Below, piece by piece: positions 44,827 through 53,694 of a DNA stretch of 64,000 bases. The stretch is from positions 38,810-102,809 of IMG/VR virus record IMGVR_UViG_3300037882_001264. One strand, 5' to 3'. Positions within the stretch are counted from its first letter, which is position 1. Each line of letters begins with the position of its first letter. The translations under genes were made by a program, and so were the position numbers. Below the pieces are notes generated by a model that was given only the letters and a program-made list of their open reading frames with translations, was not told the DNA's origin and did not search any database. Origin of the DNA: a virus.

Positions 44827-45074
44827 GCGGTTCCTCCTGCGGTGTAGTCGTTGACTTCTTCATCGCCGCCCCACTTGGCTCCCCCTCGAACGTGACGCCC
44901 TGGGTGGCCGACAGAGCGAGCGCAGCGGAGCCCATCGTAGACATCCGGGCATCGCTGAGCATCGGTGAGAGACGGCTGTGGCTTGCTGTACGGCTGCCCC
45001 AGGGTGTCAGGGTCGAGACCCATCGACTCCATGTGGCGCCGGTTGATGTCCGCCTGGGTCAGGCGCTCGGTCAT
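44823..45074 (-). CDS. Small Cys/His protein
   Basis: RCP...RC...GHPGRH; ATGA coupling. Confidence 0.6.
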   Translation of the reverse strand: MTERLTQADINRRHMESMGLDPDTLGQPYSKPQPSLTDAQRCPDVYDGLRCARSVGHPGRHVRGGAKWGGDEEVNDYTAGGTA

Positions 45075-45772
45075 GGCGCGACTCTCCCGTTGGCGACGAA
45101 GGAGGCGTACGTCAACGGCATGGCCTCCTTGAAGAACGCCTCGTACTGCTCGGCGACGATCTCGATCTCGCGCTGGGGGAACGAGGGGAAGGTGCTGTTC
45201 TCGTCCTTGGTGCGCAGCGAGAGGAACGACATCAGTGAGCGTGCATTGCAGGTGACGAAACAGGTCGAGTAGATGTTGACCGGCAGCACCATGCGGGCAA
45301 CCTCGCGAGCGATCTCGTCCTCAAGCGAGTGCTCATAGACGTCGTAAGCCAGCCGGTTGGCGCGCTTCATGTTCGCGACCAATGTCTTGTACTGGGTATC
45401 GCTGCCAGGGAGGAAGATGTAGTGGCCCGGTTTGCCGGTCTGCACGAGGTTGCGCTCGGGAGAAGGGACGTAGAAGACCGGGTCCAACTGCTTGTAGCGG
45501 CCCGACTCCTCGTTGTACGAGAAGCCGATACGGTGGCGGTGGTGCTCACGCCAGACGAAGATCGGAGCGGTGACACGGAAGGTGAACATGTTGTGCTCGA
45601 AGGGCGTCCCGTGCCTCCCCCGCATGAGGAAGTCGATCAGGCGAGCGCTTTCCTCGGCCTCAGCCTCTGCACCAACGGTGGACACTCGGGCTGACTGCAC
45701 GACGTCTGCGTCTCTTGCGTTGGACGAGATCAGCGTCACGGGGATCTCGCTGGTGAAGGTCAGGTCTGTCAT
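45071..45772 (-). CDS. thyX: FAD-dependent thymidylate synthase
   Basis: HGTPFEH, RHRIGFSYNEESGRY (ThyX motif), REVARMVLP, NARSLMSFLSLR. Confidence 0.97.
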   Translation of the reverse strand: MTDLTFTSEIPVTLISSNARDADVVQSARVSTVGAEAEAEESARLIDFLMRGRHGTPFEHNMFTFRVTAPIFVWREHHRHRIGFSYNEESGRYKQLDPVFYVPSPERNLVQTGKPGHYIFLPGSDTQYKTLVANMKRANRLAYDVYEHSLEDEIAREVARMVLPVNIYSTCFVTCNARSLMSFLSLRTKDENSTFPSFPQREIEIVAEQYEAFFKEAMPLTYASFVANGRVAP

Positions 45773-46044
45773 GAGGGCTGCCCCTTCTGGTTGACGAGGA
45801 TCGTGACGAGGGCCGAGGAGGGCAGGAAGAGTGCACCCACGCCGTAGAACATGACGTAGTGCTTGCCACGCTCGGCGGTGTCGATCTTCTTGACCGTGAC
45901 GTCATCGATCGTGTTGAACGGGCCTAGGTTGTTGCCCGACACGAGTCGGTCGCCTGGCTCCAGTTCTCCAATCGAGACGACCTCAGTCGCCCGATCTCTG
46001 CTCGGAGAGAGCACGGGGATCTCGTCAGTACTGGCTTGGGTCAT
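45769..46044 (-). CDS. Small beta-barrel hypothetical protein
   Basis: 91 aa; overlaps its neighbours. Confidence 0.6.
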   Translation of the reverse strand: MTQASTDEIPVLSPSRDRATEVVSIGELEPGDRLVSGNNLGPFNTIDDVTVKKIDTAERGKHYVMFYGVGALFLPSSALVTILVNQKGQPS

Positions 46045-46387
46045 CGCTGGATGTTCCTTCCTGGGTGAGTTCGTTCAACTTGGATGCGAGGGCAAACCCC
46101 TCGACGAATGATGCCAGCGCTGCGGACGCGGCGAGGTCCAGGATGTCAGCGAGCGACGAGTCGTCGTTGATCTCGCCTCCTGGGCGCTGGAGGAGTTGGG
46201 CGACGGTCTCAGCGACCTGATGGCTCGCATAGGCGATCAGCGACCCTGCACTGACCCCAGAGAAGGTCGAGTGGGCCTCGGGCGAGAGTTCGACGTCCAC
46301 CTGGAGCGCAGCGACCGCGAGCCTCGCGATCTCCTCGGGGGAGACGTTCTCGAAGATCGGGAGGTCGGGGAAGTCGGTGTCGGTCAC
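46025..46387 (-). CDS. Hypothetical helical protein
   Basis: 120 aa; GTGA overlap. Confidence 0.65.
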   Translation of the reverse strand: MTDTDFPDLPIFENVSPEEIARLAVAALQVDVELSPEAHSTFSGVSAGSLIAYASHQVAETVAQLLQRPGGEINDDSSLADILDLAASAALASFVEGFALASKLNELTQEGTSSDDPSQY

Positions 46388-46788
46388 AGCGGGACTCCGT
46401 ACTGGTAAGCGACAGCACGCACGATGGCTACCGTGCGCTGAAGGTGTATCCCAGAGATGGAGCCTGCCTGGGCTAGTGCGTGTGCCACACGCTCGATGTC
46501 AGCGAGATTGAAGACGGGACTTCCGTGTCCGTCCAGCGGCAGCGGGTCCATCAGGCCCCCGTCGAGGGGGAGACGTCCATGCTCGTCGGACAGGTCGTTC
46601 ATCCGGTTGCGGAGCCAGAAACTCTTCCAGCCGAAGAAGCACTTGGCGACCTCTGCCCGGCTAAAGACCGGGAAGTGATCGCCCTGGGCCGTGGTCGGCA
46701 GGGACTCGTAGCGGATCCAGTAGGGGCGCGCGATGTCACCCCCACCGTCCACGACGACGATGGGGGTGACGTTGGCTCCGCGCGTCAC
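46384..46788 (-). CDS. Hypothetical protein, possibly MerR/HTH-like
   Basis: Probable start GTG 46788; FSRAEVAKCFFG...WLR...FNLADIERVAHAL. Confidence 0.55.
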   Translation of the reverse strand: MTRGANVTPIVVVDGGGDIARPYWIRYESLPTTAQGDHFPVFSRAEVAKCFFGWKSFWLRNRMNDLSDEHGRLPLDGGLMDPLPLDGHGSPVFNLADIERVAHALAQAGSISGIHLQRTVAIVRAVAYQYGVPL

Positions 46789-47534
46789 TTCGCCTTGCGA
46801 ACCGTGAGCGAGGTGTTCGCTCCGGTCTTCTGCGTGATGCGCTTGATGATGCTCAGGCGCTCCGGCTTCGCGAGGATCGCCTTGCTGGCCTTCGCCTCGT
46901 CGAACACGCGCTTCTCGACGGTCAGGGCCAGGTAGTCCTCGCGGCTGATCTCGTCGTTCTTGAAGAGGACGTCCAACTCGCCGCCGGAGAGGGTGGTCTT
47001 GCCCGAGGTGTACTCGATGCTCCACTCCTCGTTCGCCCCCTCGACAGGGATGCGAGTGGGGTTCTGGGGGGCGCAGAGGATGTAGTGGCCGCTCAGGTCG
47101 CGCGGGGTGGCCTCGACGACGATCTCGCCATCAGGGCCGTAGACGGGCTTCGCAACGGCAAGGCCGGAGGCCTCGGCCTCGACGTCGGCGTGGTTCCGGA
47201 TGGCTTCCTTGATGCCAGCCTCACGCTTGCTGAGGGTCTCCAGCACGACCTTGAGGTTCTCACGCTCGATGTAGAGCGCGGCGATCTCGGCCTGGGTGAG
47301 CGCCTTGCGCTCGGTCGGCTGCACCGCTCCGAACTCGTCGGGCAGGGCGGCGAGGGCGGCCTTGAACTTGTCGGTCAGGACCAGCGGCTTGGGCACTGCC
47401 GGAAACTCCTGGGGAGCGGGGGCAGGCTCGATGTCCTCAGCGAGGATCTTGGCGACAGAGGAGAGGCTCGTGCCCTCAGCGAGGCTGATCTGGGCCTTGC
47501 GCAGGCTCTGGTCCTGGACGGCGAGTTCGGTCAT
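46785..47534 (-). CDS. Hypothetical protein (coiled coil)
   Basis: 249 aa; AGGAG RBS; first gene after a SigA-like promoter. Confidence 0.75.
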   Translation of the reverse strand: MTELAVQDQSLRKAQISLAEGTSLSSVAKILAEDIEPAPAPQEFPAVPKPLVLTDKFKAALAALPDEFGAVQPTERKALTQAEIAALYIERENLKVVLETLSKREAGIKEAIRNHADVEAEASGLAVAKPVYGPDGEIVVEATPRDLSGHYILCAPQNPTRIPVEGANEEWSIEYTSGKTTLSGGELDVLFKNDEISREDYLALTVEKRVFDEAKASKAILAKPERLSIIKRITQKTGANTSLTVRKAK

Positions 47535-47574
47535 GGCGGGCTCCTAGTGGTATCTCGTGGATCGGTACGGCATC

Positions 47575-47603
47575 AGCATACACGTCAGCGGCCCCCGGCG
47601 CAA
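47575..47603 (-). promoter_or_regulatory. SigA-like promoter TTGCGC-N17-TATGCT
   Basis: Intergenic, downstream of the lysis terminator. Confidence 0.6.
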
Positions 47604-47615
47604 CCCCTAAACGTG

Positions 47616-47657
47616 ACGAATCCCTGGACCCTCGTGAGAAGGAGCCCAGGGATTCGT
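47616..47657 (-). terminator. Inverted repeat after the endolysin
   Basis: ACGAATCCCTGG...CCAGGGATTCGT, 12-bp perfect arms, 8 nt after the stop. Confidence 0.7.
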
Positions 47658-47665
47658 GTCAGTGG

Positions 47666-48385
47666 TCAGACTCGCCAGCGAGCCTTGACTGCCGGGAACT
47701 TCTTGAGCGAGCCGTAGGTCCTCGGGCCCACGATGCCATCTGCCGGACCCAGGGAGTCCAGGTAGCGACGCTGGTGCGCCTTCACATCGGCGACATCGGT
47801 CCTGGTCATCGTGCCAGTGATCGGGTTGCCGAACGCGGCCTGGACGACCTTGACGTGGTTGCCCTTCGACCCCACGCGGAAACCCTTGCTGCCAGGGTAG
47901 GCCGGGTAGGCACGCCTGATCCTGGGCTTCGGCTTCGGCTTGGCCTTACTCGCCTTGTACTTCTCCCAGGTGGTCATGGGGACCTTCAGGAATGCCTGCG
48001 GGTCCCTCTTGTTGCTGCGCAGTCCATTGCGCCCACGTCGCGCAGAGGTGACCTGCCGACTCGCCACGCCGGGCAAGTCAGGGGCGCCTGCGGCGATGCC
48101 GTGGATGTGGTGCTGGAAGCCGTCCGCAGGGGTCCTCCACCACGCGGCGAAACCGACCTGGCGCATCGCCTTGACGACGCGCAGGATCTGCGTGCGGGTG
48201 AGCCCAGCGAGGGACAGATCGACTGCTCCGCCACCTGTGTGGGTCCCCGCCGAGAACTTGCCTCCGCTATATGAACCTTGAACAGGCCGGAGACGTACGC
48301 CCGAGAGGCGCTCGACCTCCTTGAGCATCTCGATGGTGCGCAGGTCGAAGATCTTCCCGCGCCAGCGCGCCCTCTTGGTAGCCAC
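47666..48385 (-). CDS. Endolysin: M15-like Zn peptidase plus peptidoglycan-binding domain
   Basis: QGSY...SAGTH.GGGAVD...HIH (LAS-type H-x6-D...HxH); C-terminal GSKG..VKVVQ...ADGIVGPRT. Confidence 0.85.
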   Translation of the reverse strand: MATKRARWRGKIFDLRTIEMLKEVERLSGVRLRPVQGSYSGGKFSAGTHTGGGAVDLSLAGLTRTQILRVVKAMRQVGFAAWWRTPADGFQHHIHGIAAGAPDLPGVASRQVTSARRGRNGLRSNKRDPQAFLKVPMTTWEKYKASKAKPKPKPRIRRAYPAYPGSKGFRVGSKGNHVKVVQAAFGNPITGTMTRTDVADVKAHQRRYLDSLGPADGIVGPRTYGSLKKFPAVKARWRV

Positions 48386-48387
48386 GG

Positions 48388-48804
48388 TCAGTCCAGGGTG
48401 AGGTCGACGGGCTCGTCAACCGCATCGTCGGCGACAGGGATGACTTCGTCGTTGTCGGCGTCCGGCAGGTCGATCGGGTCGACGTCCTCGACGACCGGCT
48501 CCGGCCCGTCGGGCTCCTGGATGTTACCGGCATTGTCGACGTTGGGGTCAGCCTCGACAGCCACACGACCGAAGGAGTCGTTGTTCTTGTCGAGCCAGGC
48601 GATGAGGGATCGGCCAGCCGTGGTGATGATCGTTGCAGCCGCTGCCACAGACGCGAGCAGGGCCTTCTTGTCGTCGGGCACGATGCCGAGCGCGGTCACT
48701 GTGGCCACCAGACCGGTCACGCCAATAGCCAGCGCAACGAGGGTGGTGACGGTCGAGCGGACCAGCGCCGCAGTGTCGTGAACGATCGTAGTGACTGTAG
48801 CCAT
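48388..48804 (-). CDS. Putative holin
   Basis: Two hydrophobic helices and an acidic tail; directly upstream of the endolysin. Confidence 0.65.
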   Translation of the reverse strand: MATVTTIVHDTAALVRSTVTTLVALAIGVTGLVATVTALGIVPDDKKALLASVAAAATIITTAGRSLIAWLDKNNDSFGRVAVEADPNVDNAGNIQEPDGPEPVVEDVDPIDLPDADNDEVIPVADDAVDEPVDLTLD

Positions 48805-48839
48805 CTATGGCCTCCATGCGAAGGGGTGGGGATCTTCTC

Positions 48840-48876
48840 TCCACCCCTTCGCAGGGAAACTCACCCCGATGACAGG
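48840..48876 (-). promoter_or_regulatory. Bipartite late-type motif copy 5: CCTGTC-N20-GAAGGGGTGGA, inside a 13-bp inverted repeat
   Basis: Heads the lysis cassette; repeat arms at 48817-48829 and 48841-48853. Confidence 0.7.
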
Positions 48877-48891
48877 GGTCAGTTGAAACGG

Positions 48892-50799
48892 TCAGGCGGC
48901 GAAGAACTCCTTCGCCTCCGAGACGCTGGAGATCTTCGGGGCGCCCGGCAGGGTCTTGACGATGCCCCGGCCGTAGCCCGTGCTGGCCAGGCGGCTGTCG
49001 AGGATCGCGACGACACCCTGGTCCTTCTGGGTGCGGATCAGGCGGCCGAAGCCCTGGATCAGGGTCAGGCTCATCGAGGGGATGGCCATCTTCGAGAAGG
49101 CGTTGCCACCCTCGCGCTCGATCTGCTGGCTCCGGGCCTCGAAGACCGGCTCGGTCGGGACCGGGAAGGGCATCTTGTCGATGATCACCAGGCGGCAGGT
49201 CTCGCCAGCGAAGTCGACACCCGTGAAGAACGACTTGAGCGCGAAGAGCACCGAGTGGGTGTCAGCCTGGAAGGCCGCAGCCAGGTCCTTGTTCGAGCCC
49301 TGACCCTGCATGAGGACGGTGTGGCCGCGCTCCTCCAGGATCTCTGCGAGGCTGTCGTGAGCGTCCTGCATCGCCGAGCGCGAGGTGAACAGCAGGAGGG
49401 CGCCACCGCCAGCAGCGTCGACCAGACCGATTGTGGTCTGCATGACGTACTGCTGCCAGGCCGAGCGAGCCTTCGGGTTCGGGGTCTGCGCGGTCGGGAT
49501 GAACAGGCGAGCCTGGCTGCTGTAGTCGAAGGGCGAGCCGACGTCGAGCACAGTCGGCGCCTCCAGGCCGAGGCGGTCCTTGATGAACGAGAAATCCGAG
49601 CCAACCGAGAGGGTGGCCGAGACCAGGATGACCGTCTTGGTCCAGAGGTTCTCCTGGAGGAAGGGGCCGACGCGGAGCGGGGCTGTCTTGATGACCAACT
49701 GGCTCACGCCGCGCAGGTTCTTCTCCGACTCGACCCAGCGGACGCTGACGTCGCTGCCATCGCTCAGCAGGCGACGGACGCGCCACGCCATGTTCGAGGC
49801 ACGGCTCGCGAGTTGCGCACGACGGGCAGCGACCTTGCGATCGGAGTCACCGCGCGGGTCGATCTTCGCGACCTTGGCGCCCAGTTCGAGCAGAAGGTTC
49901 GCCAGCACGCTCCAGACGTCCGACTCGTCCTCGGCAGCGACGGAGTTGAAGCGGCCCTCGCGGAGCGACGACCAGGCGTTCTCGATGGCCTCGTTCACCG
50001 GAGCGGTGGCGATCAGGTCGCCGTAGGTGCCGGAGAAGTTGCTGACCTCCTTGACGAACTTCTCGAAGCCACCCTTGCGGAAGGTGTCGCTGAGGGCGTT
50101 GGTGGCGATCTCCTCGGTCTCGTGCGCCTCATCGATGACGACGACGTCGTACTCGCCGAGCATCTGGGCTGCACCCTCGCTGCGCTCCGAGACGACCAGG
50201 TCGGTCATGAGCATCGCGGTGTTCGTGATGACGACCTGAGCCTCGCGACCCTTGGCCTTGGCGATCTCGGCGAAGCAGATGTCACCGAAGGGGCACTCGC
50301 GCTTGCCGGGGCACTCATTCGACGAGGAGGCGACGTTCGAGAACTCCTGCTTGGTGACCGGGGTCTTGAAGTGCTCGCGGTCACCATCGTGGCCGGGCTC
50401 CATGACCTCGTCGCGCAGGGCCTGGATCTGGGGGACGAACTTCTCGTCAGCGTTCGCAGCCTTGGCGTGGCAGAAGTAGTTGCTGCGGCCCTTGACCAGC
50501 GCCCAGGTGAACGGGACGCCCAGGTTCTCGGCGAGGAAGGGGATGTCCTTCTCGGCGTACTGCTCCATGAGGGCGATCGTCGCGGTGGCGACGACAACGC
50601 GCTCACCGGAGAGGATGACGGGGATCAGCGAGCCGAGGCTCTTGCCAACACCACAGCCAGCCTGGAGGAGGCCCTGGCCACCCTCGGCGAGGACAGTCTC
50701 GACAGCCTGCGCGAGGCGCTGCTGCTGGGGGCGGCTCTCGTAGCCGGGAAGGGCCTTAGCGAGGACTTCCTCGGCCTGGGCGAAGGTCTTGATGCTCAC
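48892..50799 (-). CDS. dinG: DinG/XPD-family Fe-S helicase
   Basis: Start GTG 50799; YESRPQQ, QAGCGVGKS, KGRSNYFC, Cys cluster, IDEAH, SATL, LFTS, GVDFAG, QGFGRLIR. Confidence 0.93.
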   Translation of the reverse strand: MSIKTFAQAEEVLAKALPGYESRPQQQRLAQAVETVLAEGGQGLLQAGCGVGKSLGSLIPVILSGERVVVATATIALMEQYAEKDIPFLAENLGVPFTWALVKGRSNYFCHAKAANADEKFVPQIQALRDEVMEPGHDGDREHFKTPVTKQEFSNVASSSNECPGKRECPFGDICFAEIAKAKGREAQVVITNTAMLMTDLVVSERSEGAAQMLGEYDVVVIDEAHETEEIATNALSDTFRKGGFEKFVKEVSNFSGTYGDLIATAPVNEAIENAWSSLREGRFNSVAAEDESDVWSVLANLLLELGAKVAKIDPRGDSDRKVAARRAQLASRASNMAWRVRRLLSDGSDVSVRWVESEKNLRGVSQLVIKTAPLRVGPFLQENLWTKTVILVSATLSVGSDFSFIKDRLGLEAPTVLDVGSPFDYSSQARLFIPTAQTPNPKARSAWQQYVMQTTIGLVDAAGGGALLLFTSRSAMQDAHDSLAEILEERGHTVLMQGQGSNKDLAAAFQADTHSVLFALKSFFTGVDFAGETCRLVIIDKMPFPVPTEPVFEARSQQIEREGGNAFSKMAIPSMSLTLIQGFGRLIRTQKDQGVVAILDSRLASTGYGRGIVKTLPGAPKISSVSEAKEFFAA

Positions 50800-50832
50800 T
50801 TGATCTCCTCGTGGTGTCTGGCGGTAGAGGCA

Positions 50833-50861
50833 ACAATACACGAGTCCGGCGCTGGGGTCAA
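50833..50861 (-). promoter_or_regulatory. SigA-like (early) promoter TTGACC-N17-TATTGT
   Basis: Same hexamers as 16342-16370; upstream of dinG. Confidence 0.75.
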
Positions 50862-51487
50862 GTGCTGAGCAGGTGCAACTTCCGAGATCTTTCCAGCCAG
50901 ACCTCACGCTCGGCTCGGATGTCCGCAGCCTCACGACCGGCGACCATGCGGGCGAACTGCCCGATATCGTCGACTCTGAAGAAGTTGCCCGGGACCTCCC
51001 GGTTCCATCCGCGCGTGACGAGGAACGGAACGCTCTCCGAGGACTCCAGGCTCTTGTAGTGCTTGACCTGGTCCTCGACGTACGCATCGGTCCTGACGAT
51101 GGTCTTGTCCGAGGAGAAGGTCAGGGAGTCGAAGGGGAAGTTGTGCAGGGTGAGCCAGTCAGAGGTGAACCCGATGGCAGCGCGAGGGCGGGACGTCACG
51201 ATGTGGATCTGGTGTCCGAGCGAGTGGAGCATCCTCGCCCAAGATGCAGCCTCGTCGAGCATCTCGCCGCTGTAGGCGAACCCCTGCTCGGTGGCCTCAT
51301 CGTGGACCTGGTCGAAGTCCTCATCGGTCAGGCCCCAGGGCTTGTAGAAGCCGAAGGAGCCCACCTCAGTCCCGACAATCTCAGCGGGGGTGCCGGGGTG
51401 CTCGATCGCGCGGAGGTAGCGATGGATGCCACCGACGAAGCAGTGGGCGACTCCATCGAGGTCAATGCCAATACGAGCGAGGCTCAT
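50858..51487 (-). CDS. HAD-family 5'(3')-deoxyribonucleotidase-like protein
   Basis: IGIDLDGV, IVTSR, DK...D.YVED, WN. Confidence 0.85.
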   Translation of the reverse strand: MSLARIGIDLDGVAHCFVGGIHRYLRAIEHPGTPAEIVGTEVGSFGFYKPWGLTDEDFDQVHDEATEQGFAYSGEMLDEAASWARMLHSLGHQIHIVTSRPRAAIGFTSDWLTLHNFPFDSLTFSSDKTIVRTDAYVEDQVKHYKSLESSESVPFLVTRGWNREVPGNFFRVDDIGQFARMVAGREAADIRAEREVWLERSRKLHLLST

Positions 51488-52017
51488 AGACTCACGTACC
51501 TTGCTGGCTCACGAACGCCGGTAGAGGAATAGGCGGCAGCCTGCACTGCCAGGGTGACGCGCTGCTTGGGGGTCAAGTCGAAGCCTTCGCTGGTAAAGAG
51601 CGAGCCCATGGCTGCGTTGAAGCCAGAGCCAACTGCGGTGTACGCGACCTGGGGCTCGAACACGCTGTAGTCGTCACCGTAGACAAAGATGCGACCGTGG
51701 ACCGCAACGAGCAGATCGGTGTCCTCGTCCATCTTCTCATCAGTGGAGCCGCCTGGGCTTTCATTCAGCAGCCCAGCGATCGTGGTGGCGAACTGGGTAG
51801 CCATGAACCGTTCGAGATTGGTGGTCGGAGGTGTCGGGAGGCTGGAGTGGTGAAGGACATTGATCACGCGCATGCTGGTGCACGCGCCGATGAGGTAATC
51901 ACCGTTGATCGCGACCTTCGGTGTAGAGATGATCACTGACTGACCGTCGCCACTCATCTCGGAGTCGTAGGCCGCGTGCACCACCCCCTCGTCCGCCAGC
52001 ATCGCGATGCAGGTCAT
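51484..52017 (-). CDS. HslV/proteasome-like Ntn peptidase
   Basis: Start ATG 52017 gives an N-terminal Thr (MTCIA); AAYDS, PKV, AVGSG...AMGSL. Confidence 0.8.
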   Translation of the reverse strand: MTCIAMLADEGVVHAAYDSEMSGDGQSVIISTPKVAINGDYLIGACTSMRVINVLHHSSLPTPPTTNLERFMATQFATTIAGLLNESPGGSTDEKMDEDTDLLVAVHGRIFVYGDDYSVFEPQVAYTAVGSGFNAAMGSLFTSEGFDLTPKQRVTLAVQAAAYSSTGVREPARYVSL

Positions 52018-53387
52018 TAGAGCATGACCGCCTCTGACCAGCCGAAGCGGAAGCCCTGGCCGACGAGCGCGGTGATGATGCCATGACGCGAGCGCTGGCC
52101 GAAGCCTGCGGCGAAGTAGTCCGAGCCGCCATCGAGCGACGGGGTCTGCATGATCGTCGTGCCGCTGACGTCCTTGATGAAGCCGGTGTGGCGGTGGCCC
52201 ATGAAGGCGATCTGGATCCGGATGTTCTGCTCGAAGAGGATGTCGCCGCGCTGGGCGAGGAACCACTTCTCGATGGTGCCCTTGCCGTCAGCCTTGTGGC
52301 CGTGGGTCAAGGCGCACTGGGTGCCGGAGAGGTCGAAGTGGGTCCACCACTCGTCGTGCGGGATGAACCACTCGATCTGGTCGAAGAGCGGGGACTCCTG
52401 GAGGACGTCGTGGACCTGCTCGGCGATCATCAGGTCGTAGTTGTCGGACTCGGAGGTGTAGGGCGACTGGCCGATGACCTGGCGGATCTCGCCGTGGTTC
52501 GAGAGGGTGTAGGCCTTCTTGATCGGGAGGCCGAACTCGGAGAAGGCCTTGGTCCGCTCGACGTCGAGGGTACGAGCCAGTTGCATCTGCGAGCGGAGCG
52601 TGGTGCTGGTGCGCCCCTGGCTGGGGTAGTGGCCGAAGATGTTCTCGATCACGTCGCCGCATGCGATGTCGGCGATGGCCTCGATGTTGTGGCCGCGCTT
52701 CTGAAGGACCTTGAGCCGGTCAAGGCTCTGCTGGAGTGCATCTTCCGTCCGGCCGATGAAGCCCTCCAGTGAACCTCCGGCGGACTTGCCGATCTGCTCA
52801 TCGCCCTGCTGGTGGACGTAGGTGACGGGATCGCCCAGGCCGCTACCGGCGGTGCGTGCCACCAGCGGCTTGATCTTCCACTTCTGCACCCGTTCGATCT
52901 CGGCGCTGATGTCCGCGACGATCGCGTTGTCCTGCGGGGTGATGCGGCGGAACTTCGCCTTGTAGGACCAGAGCCAGGTCTTGTTGATGCTGCCCTCGGG
53001 CGTCCCCTTGCCCATGTTCCAGCGGGTGATCTTGACCGAGTCGTCCTGGACCTCGAAGTCCTCGGGCGGGAGGCCGAAGAACTCCAGGAGCGGCGCCCAA
53101 CCCTCACCGGCCTTGATCTCGCAGGGGATCTCGCCCTTGCCGATGGACAGTTCGCCAGAGTCGCCTTCGATCGAGATGTAGGTGTCGTCCGGCGCCGCTG
53201 TCGCTGACTCGGTCTCGGCGAGCGCAACCCCATTGGCCTGACGCCAACGTCGGACTGATGACTCCGAGGTAGTGAAGATCGGCCGGATCATGTCCAGCGC
53301 GTCGATGTGAGAGACCCGCCCGTCCTTGAGGACCGAGCGGATTGATGCTTCGGCGGCGGCGGCTTCCACGAGGTTCTTGTACGTCAT
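52017..53387 (-). CDS. Metallophosphoesterase-like protein with N-terminal HTH (MRE11/exonuclease-like)
   Basis: GDEQIGK, GDVIEN, SNHGE, THGH, MGHRH, PSLDGGS. Confidence 0.8.
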   Translation of the reverse strand: MTYKNLVEAAAAEASIRSVLKDGRVSHIDALDMIRPIFTTSESSVRRWRQANGVALAETESATAAPDDTYISIEGDSGELSIGKGEIPCEIKAGEGWAPLLEFFGLPPEDFEVQDDSVKITRWNMGKGTPEGSINKTWLWSYKAKFRRITPQDNAIVADISAEIERVQKWKIKPLVARTAGSGLGDPVTYVHQQGDEQIGKSAGGSLEGFIGRTEDALQQSLDRLKVLQKRGHNIEAIADIACGDVIENIFGHYPSQGRTSTTLRSQMQLARTLDVERTKAFSEFGLPIKKAYTLSNHGEIRQVIGQSPYTSESDNYDLMIAEQVHDVLQESPLFDQIEWFIPHDEWWTHFDLSGTQCALTHGHKADGKGTIEKWFLAQRGDILFEQNIRIQIAFMGHRHTGFIKDVSGTTIMQTPSLDGGSDYFAAGFGQRSRHGIITALVGQGFRFGWSEAVML

Positions 53388-53421
53388 TCGGGCAAGCCTC
53401 TCATCGGCGGTCTGGTACCCC

Positions 53422-53452
53422 AGGTTAGCACCAGGAGCCACAGCCGTGTCAA
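53422..53452 (-). promoter_or_regulatory. SigA-like promoter TTGACA-N19-TAACCT (extended -10)
   Basis: Upstream of ATG 53387; spacer is long. Confidence 0.5.
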
Positions 53453-53454
53453 CC

Positions 53455-53655
53455 CGTCGGCGTCCGTCGGCGTCTATCGGCTGCTAGCGGTGGTCCCCCA
53501 TCAATGACATCAACAACCATTGATTCTATGGACTAGGTTTATAGGGCGCGTCGCGCGCCCACCGCTAAGGCGAGCGAAGCGAGCATTAGCCCATGCTCTT
53601 CAAGACACCGAGCGAAGCGAGGGGTCTTTACCCCCCTACCCCCCACGCTGGGACG
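53455..53655. other. Largest non-coding segment; candidate replication origin or ncRNA
   Basis: AT-rich patch at 53500-53543, two copies of CGAGCGAAGCGAG (53571, 53609), several short inverted repeats and C-runs. Confidence 0.45.
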
Positions 53656-53657
53656 CC

Positions 53658-53688
53658 AGCATACACATGCCCAGCGTGAGGGTGTCAA
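53658..53688 (-). promoter_or_regulatory. SigA-like promoter TTGACA-N19-TATGCT
   Basis: Points into the non-coding segment; overlapped by a 9-bp inverted repeat CACGCTGGG/CCCAGCGTG. Confidence 0.45.
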
Positions 53689-53694
53689 CCCGGG

